DNA from: Nannocystales bacterium
Lineage (GTDB): Bacteria; Myxococcota_A; Polyangia; Nannocystales; Nannocystaceae
Reading direction: 5' to 3'
Assembly (NCBI GenBank): GCA_050633305.1
Contig: JBOEGF010000016.1
Coordinates: 32,001 to 96,000, forward strand
Length of the DNA stretch: 64,000 nucleotides
Shown: positions 39,800 through 49,910 of the stretch, in pieces
Position numbering within the stretch: the stretch's first letter is position 1
Layout of the letters: every line of letters starts with the position of its first letter
Position numbers and translations under genes: made by a program
Notes under the pieces: model-generated
Database searches by the model: none
Seen by the model: the letters and a program-made list of their open reading frames with translations, nothing else
Told to the model about the DNA's origin: nothing

Positions 39800-40587
39800 A
39801 CGTGCGGGCCATCGGACGATACCAACCAACGCCGAAACCGACCGCGTCTGATTGACGGGTCGGGTGGCGTGGAGCAGCACGCTCCTCGACGCACAGGCTG
39901 CTGCCGAGGTGCTCTCGAGCTCGAGACGATCGCTGAAAATGGTGAACGCAGCACGATGCCGCTGCGAACACACGTAGAGCTGTCGCCAAGAGTTCGGGAA
40001 CTCCAGGACCGGTTTGGGTCTGGACGCTGCCCACTCGGCTGCCGCAACTCCCGTTACAAACGGGCGCGCGCCTCAAAGGCGAAGTCCATGGTCGATGGCA
40101 TGGTGGGTTGATTGGCCCAAAGACCCCGCACTCACGATGGTCTTGGCGGAATCAGGCCTCGCGTCCGACTGCTCCCATCCGAGAAGTCGCCATGGCAGAC
40201 GCGCCCCTGCACGTCACCGCCAAGGCGGGCGCACAAACATCAGAATCCCAAATCGAGCCCGAGACCGGGCGTGTTCAGCGATTGAGGACGAGCACGACCG
40301 AAGCCGAGATCATCATCAACCCAAACGCGTCCGCTCTCGCGGCAAGCACGGCGCAGTCGTTACAAAGCATGAAATCTGCCTTGCTGGACTGGACCGCCTG
40401 TTCCACGAGAATCATCCGAATCTGATTCGCGCGGAGCTGGTGTGGTTGTTGGTGTGTTCTCTAGGCTCACAGTGCACCTCCAGGTGCCGGTCGAGTCTGA
40501 ATGATTGAGGAACGACTTCGGATGAAGCCGCGCCGGACCGTAGCACCACGATCCGTACCGTCAAGGACGCAACGACAGCACGCGGAT

Positions 40588-41643
40588 TCAAATGCCGCCG
40601 TCGAAACTCTTGAGTGTGACGGCTTCGTAGGTCCAGTGCCCGGTCTCGATGTGCCCGCCGACCATGAGCGTCCCTGGGCCCGCGATCCGCTCCGCCCCGT
40701 CGTCCATGGCGTGAACCTCGGAATGGGGGCCCCAGGCGTCGTCCACGAACTGCTCGAGGTAGCCGTCGAGGACGACGGGGTCTGAACCCGACACATCAAA
40801 CCGAAGGCGGTACAGCGGCCCCTCCTCGACCGGCGCTGTCATCGGTTGCACGTAGTCCGCAGAGAAGCTCCCTGCGATCTGGCGGGTGATGGTCAGGTTC
40901 CCGGTTGTGCCGTGGATGAACAGCAAGTACCCGGTGACCGAGCCGGGGGTGTCGATGTCTTTGGCCTGGATTCGCAACCCGCACTGGGGGCTGCCGAGGT
41001 CGCCTTCGATGTTGAGCCAGGTCAGCTCGAGGGTGACTTCGGCGTCGAGCCATTCGTCCTGTGGGCGATACACGAGGTTGTCCGGATACCCGCTGGTCGT
41101 GTCGACCCGGCGGATGCCCCCGTCGATCAGCGCGAACGACTCCGGGCTCTTCTCGATCCACCCGTTGCCCACGTCGTCGGAGTCCGGCCGTTCGAAGTCA
41201 TCGAAGAAGTCGTGCTTCGCCGGTCCTCCCGAACTGCTTTCCTCGGACGAACCCGCGTCGGCGTCACCGGTCGACGAACTCCCGCTCGTGGCGACTCCGG
41301 TGCTGGAGGACGTGGTGGTGCTCGCGACCGCAGTTGTGCCCGAACTGCTTCCGTCCGGCTCGAGCGTTGCGGATGCAGGCTCGGTGGACGTCGTGGACGA
41401 AGTGGACCCGAGGTCCTCGACGGGGACGCAGACGTCTCCCGCAGGTGTGAACTCCGCGAAGCGTCGGCCGCTCTCGCACTGTGCGTCGGGGAAGCTACAA
41501 CCACCGTCGGGTTCGCAGGCCCCCTGCGCGCCACACTGGGCGTCGGAGATGCAGAAATAGGTTGGCGCGGGCCCACACGCCAGGAGCAAGGCCCCAAGCG
41601 AGGCGCTTGCGATCGCTATGCACCGCCCACCCACGGCAACCAC
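40588..41643 (-). CDS. Lipoprotein with Cys-knot-like N-domain and concanavalin-like C-domain
   Basis: LLAC lipobox; CxxDxQC..CE...CSFPD..C.SGRR; FFDDFER..GNGW. Confidence 0.75.
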   Translation of the reverse strand: MVAVGGRCIAIASASLGALLLACGPAPTYFCISDAQCGAQGACEPDGGCSFPDAQCESGRRFAEFTPAGDVCVPVEDLGSTSSTTSTEPASATLEPDGSSSGTTAVASTTTSSSTGVATSGSSSTGDADAGSSEESSSGGPAKHDFFDDFERPDSDDVGNGWIEKSPESFALIDGGIRRVDTTSGYPDNLVYRPQDEWLDAEVTLELTWLNIEGDLGSPQCGLRIQAKDIDTPGSVTGYLLFIHGTTGNLTITRQIAGSFSADYVQPMTAPVEEGPLYRLRFDVSGSDPVVLDGYLEQFVDDAWGPHSEVHAMDDGAERIAGPGTLMVGGHIETGHWTYEAVTLKSFDGGI

Positions 41644-41710
41644 GATACCGGCCCGCGTCCGGATCCGAAACCGGGCTCGCGCGCGCAGCCCAGGGCGCTA
41701 CACTCCTGCC

Positions 41711-42622
41711 GTGCCCGACTACGAGCTGCGCCGGTTTGCAGGGCCCGCCATCTTTACGGAGCAGCTCGACGGGATCCGTGTCGCACACCTGACCGACCAA
41801 CATGTCGGCCGTGTCACCTCGCACGAGGTCCAAATCGGCGCGGTCGAGCTCGCGAATGCGCAAGAGCCGGACATCGTGGTCCTCAGCGGTGACTTCGTCT
41901 GTCACAGCCAGGAGTTCCTCGACCAACTGGTCGATGTGATGGGGCGGTTCAACGCGCCTGTGTTTGGGGTCCTGGGCAATCACGACCATTGGTCGGGCGG
42001 GGATGAGGTGCGATGGGCGCTGCGCAAGGGCGGGGTCGAAGTCCTCGACAACGCCTGGACGAGCATCGAAGTGAAGCACCAGCGTTTGCAGGTGTTGGGC
42101 CTGGACGATGCGTACACAGGCAACGCCGACATTCCCCGCGCACTCAAGGGCCTCGACCCACGCAAGCCCACGATCGGGCTCTCGCATATCGCGGAGGAGG
42201 CGGATGCGTTGTGGGACCACGGCGTGCCGATGGTGTTCTCCGGACACACCCATGCCGGACAAGTCACCTTGGCGCGGCTGCACGAGTTCATCCTCGGTCG
42301 TGTCGTGGGACACAAGTACGTGCACGGCCTCTACGGCCAACGTGGCGGGGAACGCCCCGGGGCCGTCTACGTCGGCGCGGGGATCGGTGCCGCGGTTGTA
42401 CCGGTGAGGCTCGGCGCTCGCGGTCGTCGCGAAGTCGCGGTGTTTGAGCTCGGTGAAAAGGTCGGCGCGTTCGAGGAGGACCACGCCGAGCAGGCGCCCG
42501 CACCGGGTCGCGCGCCCAGCATCGACCTGCGACGGCGCAGGGTGCTCGAGGCGCAGAAGAAGAGCGAGAAGCGGCGCGCGGTCGCTCGCGCAAAAGGGAT
42601 CGACCCGTTCGCGGCGAAGTAG
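41711..42622 (+). CDS. Calcineurin-like metallophosphoesterase (YkuE-like)
   Basis: DQH, GDFV, GNHD, LSH, GHTHAGQ motifs. Confidence 0.9.
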   Translation: MPDYELRRFAGPAIFTEQLDGIRVAHLTDQHVGRVTSHEVQIGAVELANAQEPDIVVLSGDFVCHSQEFLDQLVDVMGRFNAPVFGVLGNHDHWSGGDEVRWALRKGGVEVLDNAWTSIEVKHQRLQVLGLDDAYTGNADIPRALKGLDPRKPTIGLSHIAEEADALWDHGVPMVFSGHTHAGQVTLARLHEFILGRVVGHKYVHGLYGQRGGERPGAVYVGAGIGAAVVPVRLGARGRREVAVFELGEKVGAFEEDHAEQAPAPGRAPSIDLRRRRVLEAQKKSEKRRAVARAKGIDPFAAK

Positions 42623-42659
42623 TCGAGGCTCCTCGACCGCCCCGGACTCCGCCGACTCC

Positions 42660-43502
42660 CTATGGCGCGTGGCAAGTGATGCAGGCCGTATGCCCGTGGG
42701 GCCATAGAGGCGCGGGGGCATCGTTGGGCGCCGGCGTCGACGCGTGCTGACGGGCCACCCCGGCGAGCGTGCGAAGGGCCGGGGTGTCGTCGGCCTGGTC
42801 GATAGCCTGGAGAACCACGTCATATGCCGCACTCGCCCTCGGGTCTCCGTCGCGCCGCAGCAGCTCGGCCCACCACATCGCAAACACCGGCCGAACTCCG
42901 GGCAAGCCAAGCGTGATGCCTTGAGCTTTGGGGCTGAGTTCGTCGAAGCGGGTGACGACTTGCTCGAGGTGATGATTGGCCAGCTCGAAACGACGGGAAC
43001 GCCTCAGCGGCACGAGTCCTCCGGCCTGGTGTGCATAGTTGCCCAACATCGCGTGCAGCTCGACATCGTCGGTGCGCTCGAGCTCGGCTTCGAGGTCTCG
43101 CTCCAGCCGTCGCAACGTGACAAGGGCGCGGATGGATTTTCCCTGCTGATACTGCTCGGCGGCGGTCGAAGCGAGCAGGAACCCGCGGGCGATCGTTGCG
43201 TCGCGTTCGGACGGGTGGGGCCCCTGCGCGAGTCCTTCGTACAAGGAGCGCTGTAACGACGCATAACGAGCGTCGCCCTCGGACAGCGGCAGGTTCAGCA
43301 GTCGGGCGAGGACGGCTGCGGCCTGGGGCTCGGATCTCCGCGCGTACAGCTGGGATACGGCTTCCTCGAAGCGCCCGCGGTCCCCCTCGAGAACCGCTTG
43401 CACCGACGTCGCAGCGGAGCCTCCGTTGGGCGAGGCTTGGGGGCGCGCAGCGGGGCGGCTACAGGCGGCAAGCACGAGGAAGGCCGTCCCCAAACGCCGC
43501 AT
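42660..43502 (-). CDS. Helical lipoprotein with C-terminal CxxCH
   Basis: LAAC lipobox; ends WPHGHTACITCHAP. Confidence 0.7.
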   Translation of the reverse strand: MRRLGTAFLVLAACSRPAARPQASPNGGSAATSVQAVLEGDRGRFEEAVSQLYARRSEPQAAAVLARLLNLPLSEGDARYASLQRSLYEGLAQGPHPSERDATIARGFLLASTAAEQYQQGKSIRALVTLRRLERDLEAELERTDDVELHAMLGNYAHQAGGLVPLRRSRRFELANHHLEQVVTRFDELSPKAQGITLGLPGVRPVFAMWWAELLRRDGDPRASAAYDVVLQAIDQADDTPALRTLAGVARQHASTPAPNDAPAPLWPHGHTACITCHAP

Positions 43503-43507
43503 GACAT

Positions 43508-44299
43508 TCAACTCCACCAGGCCCACAACAGCGCAACCGCGGCGAGCATCGCCAGCAGTAATGCGACCTTCTTGGTGTCGACGGGCGTCTTCCCCGTCAC
43601 CCGTCCGGTCTGGCCGTTGATGACGAAACGCCAGGGCTTGTCCGCGAACCGGATGCAGCCGACGTAGACCGGAAGCATGACGGCGGCGGTATCGACATCG
43701 CGCAGCAGGACGGACGCGCGACAATCTCGCAGCCGCTTGTCGCGGATGAGCTCCTCTCGGACAGCCTGCCGAAACTGGGCGCGTGCCTCGATCGACGCGG
43801 TTTGAGCCGAGGACCCGGCGACCTCGTAGGAGGCTTTGGACGTTTCGCGGTCCCACGCGATCGGGTGATCGGCGGGGAAGGGGGCCAGCGCGCCGAGCTC
43901 TGTCTGGGTGAGTCCGAGGCTGGCCGGAACCCACGCCTCGCGCTGTCGCTCACTTGTGCCGCTTTCGGGTCGCTTACCACTGCGGGTGTTCGCTGCGACG
44001 AGGCCCGTCCAGGTGGCCTGCACGTCGGCTCGGACTCGCCAGGCCGGAACCCACAGCTTGCGCACTTCGATGTCCTGGCTGCGAAATGCGGACGGTGTCC
44101 AGAACGAAGCCTTGGCCCACGCCCGGAACAGACCGCGCGCATCGGTATCGGACACGGAGAACGGCAGCGCGACCGTAGGCTGTTCGACCTCGTGGAGTTC
44201 GGTCGCGGTCAGCGAGATATCCCCACAGAAGACGCACTTCACGGCCTCGACCTGGGCATCGAAGACCACGATGCCGCCGCAGTTTTCGCACTCGGTCAC
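43508..44299 (-). CDS. Zn-ribbon membrane-anchored protein
   Basis: CENCG...CVFCG, LPF, VPAW, LPVY, INGQTGRVTG, C-terminal TM; GTGA overlap. Confidence 0.8.
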   Translation of the reverse strand: MTECENCGGIVVFDAQVEAVKCVFCGDISLTATELHEVEQPTVALPFSVSDTDARGLFRAWAKASFWTPSAFRSQDIEVRKLWVPAWRVRADVQATWTGLVAANTRSGKRPESGTSERQREAWVPASLGLTQTELGALAPFPADHPIAWDRETSKASYEVAGSSAQTASIEARAQFRQAVREELIRDKRLRDCRASVLLRDVDTAAVMLPVYVGCIRFADKPWRFVINGQTGRVTGKTPVDTKKVALLLAMLAAVALLWAWWS

Positions 44300-45336
44300 A
44301 TCCACGGCAGGTCTCCCCTCGTCCACAGGACCAGCAGCGTGGTCAACACCGCGAGGATGGCCACGACGGCCGCGACTTTCGCCTTCGAGGTGGGAATGGA
44401 GCCGACCACGGTTCCGGTCTGTCCGTTGATCGCGATCTGCACGGGTGCGTTGCCCAGCCGAACGGTCGCCAACCACACGGGCATCAGCACGAGTCGGACC
44501 CGGTGGATCTCGACATCGAACTCCGCTGTTCGGATTCGCTGGGCATCCCCTGTGAGGTGCTTGCGGCGAAGATGTGCGCGGCCGATTTCGCAGAGGGTGT
44601 GGTGAGCCTCCGCGTCGATGTCACGGCGGGCCTTGGAGGGAAGCTCGGCGCTCCACCCCAGCATCACGCGGGCGTCGAAGTCCGCGGCGCGCCCGAGGTC
44701 GAAGGGCGCGAGTTTGCGGGCGCGCTCGGTACTGAGCCCTGCCGACGCGCACACGAGGTGATCCTCCAGCTGCATCCCCATGCTCCCCCGTAGATCGAAC
44801 CACTCGGTCTCGCGGACCGTCCTCGTCTGGGTGGTGGGACCTTCGGGTTCGATATGGATCGTCTCCCCGGCTTTGTCGGGCTTGGGCTTGGCTGGCTTGA
44901 CCTCGACGGTCTCCTTTCTGTGCCAGTGCACACCCACACGCGCGCTGTAGTCCGCACAGATCGTCGCGTCGTACGCGTAGAACGGAACGAGCACGCCCTG
45001 CACGGCATCGGTCTGCAGCCGTCCTCGCTTGGCCAGCGTGCGTACGGCCTGCGGTGTCCACCACCGGTCGCCGATGTGGGTCCGCAGACGCTCGAGCGCC
45101 GCGCGCTTGCTCAGTCGGAAGGGAGCGATTGCGTCGATCGCGGACGCGGCACGCTGCGCGTCGACCAAGGGCGCGGTGCAGTAGGCACACCTCGTGGCGA
45201 TGTGTCCGACATCGGCCTCGACAACGGCACCGCAAGCCGTACACGCATACATGTGGCTCCCGCTCAACGCCGACAGTCTACCGACGGTGTCAGCGTTCGG
45301 TCGGTGAAAGATCGTCAGAGAACCGTCGTGATCCAC
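44296..45336 (-). CDS. Zn-ribbon membrane-anchored protein (paralogue of neighbour)
   Basis: CTACG...CAYC, APF, VPFY, MPVW, INGQTG, C-terminal TM; start uncertain. Confidence 0.8.
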   Translation of the reverse strand: MDHDGSLTIFHRPNADTVGRLSALSGSHMYACTACGAVVEADVGHIATRCAYCTAPLVDAQRAASAIDAIAPFRLSKRAALERLRTHIGDRWWTPQAVRTLAKRGRLQTDAVQGVLVPFYAYDATICADYSARVGVHWHRKETVEVKPAKPKPDKAGETIHIEPEGPTTQTRTVRETEWFDLRGSMGMQLEDHLVCASAGLSTERARKLAPFDLGRAADFDARVMLGWSAELPSKARRDIDAEAHHTLCEIGRAHLRRKHLTGDAQRIRTAEFDVEIHRVRLVLMPVWLATVRLGNAPVQIAINGQTGTVVGSIPTSKAKVAAVVAILAVLTTLLVLWTRGDLPWM

Positions 45337-45489
45337 TGACGGTTTGTCGTGTCCCACATTTCGCCCACTCGGCAACGGGCCGGATCTTCGTTGCCGAGCG
45401 ATTGGCCGAAGTTGGTACGCCACCTGCAACCCTTCCTGACCGAACGGGTGAGCGTCACTTCAGACGGCCACACCGACAGGAGGACAGGA

Positions 45490-45654
45490 ATGAACGATCA
45501 AATCCGCTACTACCGCTTCGTTGCTCAGTTTGTCGATGCGGTGCTCTCCGAGCCTCTCGTCCGCACCTTCCGCGAAGACCGCCGCAAGCCGATCCCCATG
45601 CCCACCCGGGCACCGCGCGTGCTTCACGAGACCCCGCTGCCGCGCGCAGCCTGA
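45490..45654 (+). CDS. Small hypothetical protein (54 aa)
   Basis: AGGAGGACAGGA directly upstream of ATG; MNDQIRYYRFVAQFVDAVLSE... Confidence 0.55.
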   Translation: MNDQIRYYRFVAQFVDAVLSEPLVRTFREDRRKPIPMPTRAPRVLHETPLPRAA

Positions 45655-45751
45655 GTTTTCCCCCGGAGTCGCGGCGACGAGTGAAACAAGACTCCCAACA
45701 CAGGACACCAATCCCTGGCTCGTCTCCTCCCCCTCGGCGAGCCTGTCCCCC

Positions 45752-46009
45752 ATGCCTGTGCTCGTTCCTCTTGTCGTCGCGATTCCCTTTATCTTCGCCG
45801 GTTGGGTTGTTCACCGCGCCCTCGAGCACCGGGCTCGAATGCGGCAGTTGAGCGTCCCCGCATTTCCAGCTTCGGTACCCGCGCTTCCGGCAGCCGACCG
45901 CGCTGCTCTCGAGCAGCGGATCGCAAATCTCGAGGCCATCGTCTGCAGCGATGAGTTCGCGTTTCAGCGGACGCTCGGCGAGCGCCGAGACGAGCGCGGC
46001 GCGGCCTGA
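45752..46009 (+). CDS. PspB-like small membrane protein
   Basis: Single N-terminal TM then LEQRIANLEAIV coiled coil. Confidence 0.6.
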   Translation: MPVLVPLVVAIPFIFAGWVVHRALEHRARMRQLSVPAFPASVPALPAADRAALEQRIANLEAIVCSDEFAFQRTLGERRDERGAA

Positions 46010-46023
46010 GCTCTGCTTCAAGG

Positions 46024-47892
46024 CTATCGATCGGCCAGCAGCTTGAGTTGGTCGATGAAGCCTTGCGACACGTTGAGGGAGCCGGAGACGACGCCGGGCG
46101 CGGGGTGACGAAACACGAAGCTCACGTCGTCGATACCCACCCCGAGCGGTGAGGGAATCTCGGCAGCGTCGCTTGGAGGCAAGATCGGGCGAAGCCATTC
46201 GACCGCGCCCGCGATGTCGAACGCGTACAGCCCCACAAGCCCAGAGCGGCCCGAGTCGAGGCCCTTCCAACCCTTGCGATCTTTGACCGTCTTGCCGTCG
46301 CGCGTCGCCTTGATCGCTGCCTGCATGTACGAGTCGCCTTCGGTTGGAGAGGCGACGAAGATGACCCGGTCATCGATCTCGGCGCGGTCGATCTGCATCG
46401 TGAGGTCGGGCCACAGCTTCAGGAGGCGCTCAGCGTCCTCATCGGCCGAAGCCTCCTTGAGGACCTCCGCTGTCGGGCTGATCGACCAACGGTCGATCTC
46501 GATGCCCTCGATCGTCGTTGCGCCGGCTTCGAACTTCCATTGGACTCCGTCTTGCGCCTTCTTGGGTAGGACGGCCTCCGTGGTGAAGCGCTCACTCCAT
46601 GCTTTCCACAGGTCGCGGCCGGGCGCGGCCTTGCCAACCTCGAGCACCAGTGCGCCCAGCGTCCCGGGCTCGTAGAGCATTCCCATGGCGACGTCGCGCG
46701 AGTAGAGTTCGGACTCTTCTTTGATGAAGGCCTCGAGCTCGGTCTCGAGCTTGCTCGCATCGACGTCGAACTCCTTGGCGATCTCGGTGGAGGCAAGCTC
46801 GATCGCTTTTGTCCAGTTGCCGTTCTCGAGCAACCCAGACCCCATCTGCATGCCGGCAAAGACGAAAGCCGACATCGGAAGCGCGGAGACGAAGTCCTCG
46901 TTCATTCGACCGGCATAGGTGGTGTCGAACTCCTTCTGCAGATCCGAGCCCGGCTTGGCGTGGGTGGCCATCGACAAGTGTGCACCGGCGGGTGTCATCC
47001 CCAAGCCGATGGAGAACTGGCCCATGTCGGCGACGCGCTTCTTGAGGTCTGCGGGCGAGGTCGCCCCGGGGGAGCTGTCGAGTTTGCCGAGGCCTGCCAT
47101 GAGGTCCTCGACTTCCTTGCCGTAACGCGTCATGGCGTCGGACGGGTAGATGACAACTTCGAAGTCGGCGATCGCCTTGTCGGCACGGCCGACGATGTTC
47201 GCTTCGAGGTAGCCCTTCGCGCTCGCGAGCACGTCCGGGTGGTTCGAGAGCGCAACCTCGTCTCCGAGTGCGTCGATGTAGACCTTCTGGCCTTCGACCT
47301 CATAGGCGGCGACGTGCCCCTTGGCATCGTCGAGCTTGCTCGTCTCGCCCAGGTCTTTGACCAAGCCTTCGGCCCCGCCCGTGTAGCCGATGACACACGC
47401 GACAGGTGTGTCGTCGACGGTGCTGTTGACGAGAGCACAACCGAAGGGCTTGGTGAGGTCCACGTTGATCGCGACGGTCGACCGCTCGCCGAGCTGCATC
47501 GCGGCGAGGGACTTGAGCCCTTCGAGGTCGACCATGCTTTCGACGGAGGGCGGGGACGCCTGCGCCTTGATCTCCTTCACGGAGGCGACCGCGTTGCCCA
47601 TCATGAAGTGTCCGAGGATTCCTTCGTGCTCGAGCAAGGGTGCGGCGGCAGCGGCGGCGGTTGCAGCTTGGATCGTGGCTGCAGTCGTCACACCGAGGCC
47701 GGTCACGGGCTTGTCACCTTCCGGTGTTGGGGCGGCTTCGGGCTTGTCACCTTCCGCTTGCTTGCCGTCATCACCCGCGGCTTCGGCCGCTTTGGTGTCG
47801 CCTTCGGCGGGTGCGGGATCTTCTTTCTTGCAGCCACCCGGAACGACGAGGGGGAGGGCACACAGGGCGATCAGTCGAGGGCGGCAGAGCAT
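46024..47892 (-). CDS. Large lipoprotein
   Basis: GGCKKE lipobox, strong GC3 bias. Confidence 0.85.
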   Translation of the reverse strand: MLCRPRLIALCALPLVVPGGCKKEDPAPAEGDTKAAEAAGDDGKQAEGDKPEAAPTPEGDKPVTGLGVTTAATIQAATAAAAAAPLLEHEGILGHFMMGNAVASVKEIKAQASPPSVESMVDLEGLKSLAAMQLGERSTVAINVDLTKPFGCALVNSTVDDTPVACVIGYTGGAEGLVKDLGETSKLDDAKGHVAAYEVEGQKVYIDALGDEVALSNHPDVLASAKGYLEANIVGRADKAIADFEVVIYPSDAMTRYGKEVEDLMAGLGKLDSSPGATSPADLKKRVADMGQFSIGLGMTPAGAHLSMATHAKPGSDLQKEFDTTYAGRMNEDFVSALPMSAFVFAGMQMGSGLLENGNWTKAIELASTEIAKEFDVDASKLETELEAFIKEESELYSRDVAMGMLYEPGTLGALVLEVGKAAPGRDLWKAWSERFTTEAVLPKKAQDGVQWKFEAGATTIEGIEIDRWSISPTAEVLKEASADEDAERLLKLWPDLTMQIDRAEIDDRVIFVASPTEGDSYMQAAIKATRDGKTVKDRKGWKGLDSGRSGLVGLYAFDIAGAVEWLRPILPPSDAAEIPSPLGVGIDDVSFVFRHPAPGVVSGSLNVSQGFIDQLKLLADR

Positions 47893-48097
47893 GCGGAGCG
47901 CAGAGTACCGACGAACGCTCCGCGAAAGTCCGGCCCCGAGAAGGCGTCGAGCGGCGGAGACAACCGGCCAGCGAGATGCGCGCTTCGCGAGCCAGTGCGG
48001 TTCGGGGCGTTGACCTTCTTACGGGGTCTGAGACCCCGCGGAGGACGTCTTCGCACGCTTTTTTGGCCTCGTCCGACCTCGTAGTACATCTGCCTAC

Positions 48098-48430
48098 ATG
48101 CCCGTGATCGATCGTCGTGGTCCCTCTCGCCAGCGTGGCTGGTTTGCTGTTCGTGTCGCCAACAAGGGCGACGACGCCACGACGGTGGCCCAGAACGTGA
48201 GCGAGAGCGGCGTGCTCCTGGTGTCGCGCGATGCGATGTCCGTCGGAGACACGGTGATGTTGAGCATGCACGTCGACCCCGCCAACGAGCCCCCATGGAT
48301 GCTCGGCGGACGGGTCGTGCGAACCTTGGAGAACAAGGCCGACCCCGGGGGACTGTGGCCGCACAAGGTTGCGATCGCCTTCGATGCGCCCGTGCCCGCG
48401 CTTGTTCAGTCGGTCCTCGCCGCGTCCTGA
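48098..48430 (+). CDS. Stand-alone PilZ domain protein
   Basis: RxxxR (RRGPSR) and NxSxxG (NVSESG) c-di-GMP motifs. Confidence 0.85.
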   Translation: MPVIDRRGPSRQRGWFAVRVANKGDDATTVAQNVSESGVLLVSRDAMSVGDTVMLSMHVDPANEPPWMLGGRVVRTLENKADPGGLWPHKVAIAFDAPVPALVQSVLAAS

Positions 48431-48486
48431 ACAACTCTGCCGGACTCATCGTTCCGGCGACGACGGACCTACGGTAGGGTTGTGGC

Positions 48487-48984
48487 ATGCGCTGGCCCAT
48501 TCCGTTGCTCGTCTCGTGTCTCGTCGGCTTACCTGCTTGCGAACTCCTGACAAGGAAGATCGACCCGGACCTCGCCGGCGGCTTGGTGGAATCGCTCCTC
48601 ACCAGCGAAGGATTGACGGTCAGCTCGGTCGACTGCCCAGACGGAGTGAAGGCCGAGAAGGACACGACCTTCGAGTGCACCGCGACGGTCGACGGAACCG
48701 ATGTGCACTTCGACATGAAGGTCATCGATGACAAGGGCACTGTCGTTGCAACGCCTCGCGACCACACCCTGGTCGTGAAGAAGGTCGAGCCTGAGATCGC
48801 TGCGGACTTGAAGGCCAAGGGCCACGAGGTCTCGAAGATCGACTGCCACGGGGATGTGTGGGTCGCCGTGAAGGGCGCGAAGGTGTCCTGCGATGTGTTT
48901 GACGAGGCCGACGTCGAGTACCTCTGGAGCGCCGAGTTCACGGACGACGACGGCACGCATAGCCACTCGATCGCGCCGAAGTAG
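48487..48984 (+). CDS. Lipoprotein with tandem DUF4333-like domains
   Basis: LPAC lipobox; SVDCP...TFECTA and KIDC...VSCDV repeats. Confidence 0.75.
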   Translation: MRWPIPLLVSCLVGLPACELLTRKIDPDLAGGLVESLLTSEGLTVSSVDCPDGVKAEKDTTFECTATVDGTDVHFDMKVIDDKGTVVATPRDHTLVVKKVEPEIAADLKAKGHEVSKIDCHGDVWVAVKGAKVSCDVFDEADVEYLWSAEFTDDDGTHSHSIAPK

Positions 48985-49036
48985 CTCTGCCGGGCCCACG
49001 ACGCGAGCACGTTGAGCAACCGTCTGAGCGGAGCCG

Positions 49037-49888
49037 CTACTCTTGCGGTTGCATGATGGCGGCGAACGAAGCGAACGCGTCCGTCGCGTCGCTGTTGGGG
49101 TCGATCAGAGCGCAGGCTCCTGCGGGTTGCATGCAGTAGTTGACCTCGATGCCGAGGACCCACGGTCGGTCGGTGAGCGCGGGGTCCAGCATCTCGTTGC
49201 TGGCAGAGATCGACTGGACGAGGGTGCCAGCCCCACCGTTGTCCTCGAGTTCTGCGCCAAGCATGACCGTGGCCGGGTCGAAGCCGCCGGGCGAGAGCGA
49301 GAAGGCGAAAGAGAAGCTGCAGTCGTCCGCAGGGCAGAGCTGAGCGGGGCGGACCCGTAACGTGGGGCTGGCGTCGAGGGCGACCGCACCGCTCGGATCG
49401 AAGGACTGCGTCAGGACCGGCGCGGGATCAGCCTCGACCGTGTACCCGGCGAGCGAACTCTCCTGAACGGCGCAGAACGGAACTTGCAGCGTCTGCCCGT
49501 CTCGCTCCACATCCACAATCTGGGCCCATCCGCCAACGCGGTCCTCTCCAATGGTTCCCTCGAACGAGCAGTCGGCGGCAACGCTGAGACCGGTGGGCAG
49601 CTGACCATCCGCGGGCTCGGTTCGCGGGGTGCACGTGACAGGGCCGCAGTCCTCGATGAAGTTGGTGATCTGGTGCTGGCCAAAACGAACGCAGGGCTCG
49701 TCACCAAGCTCGACCGTGAACGTCTCGCAAAGGTCTGGTCCGCTCGAGCTCGTGTCCGCGCTGGTGGTGCTGGAGCTCGCGTCCGTGGTCGAACCAGAGG
49801 TTCCATCGGTGTCGCCCGACGGGTCCGAGGAGCAGCCGACGTGGACAAGTGCGAGAGCGGCACAGAGACGGAGCGACAGGCGGCGCAT
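49037..49888 (-). CDS. Hypothetical lipoprotein
   Basis: HVGC lipobox, ST linker. Confidence 0.7.
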   Translation of the reverse strand: MRRLSLRLCAALALVHVGCSSDPSGDTDGTSGSTTDASSSTTSADTSSSGPDLCETFTVELGDEPCVRFGQHQITNFIEDCGPVTCTPRTEPADGQLPTGLSVAADCSFEGTIGEDRVGGWAQIVDVERDGQTLQVPFCAVQESSLAGYTVEADPAPVLTQSFDPSGAVALDASPTLRVRPAQLCPADDCSFSFAFSLSPGGFDPATVMLGAELEDNGGAGTLVQSISASNEMLDPALTDRPWVLGIEVNYCMQPAGACALIDPNSDATDAFASFAAIMQPQE

Positions 49889-49910
49889 GACGGGGGAACG
49901 ATGGCAGATC

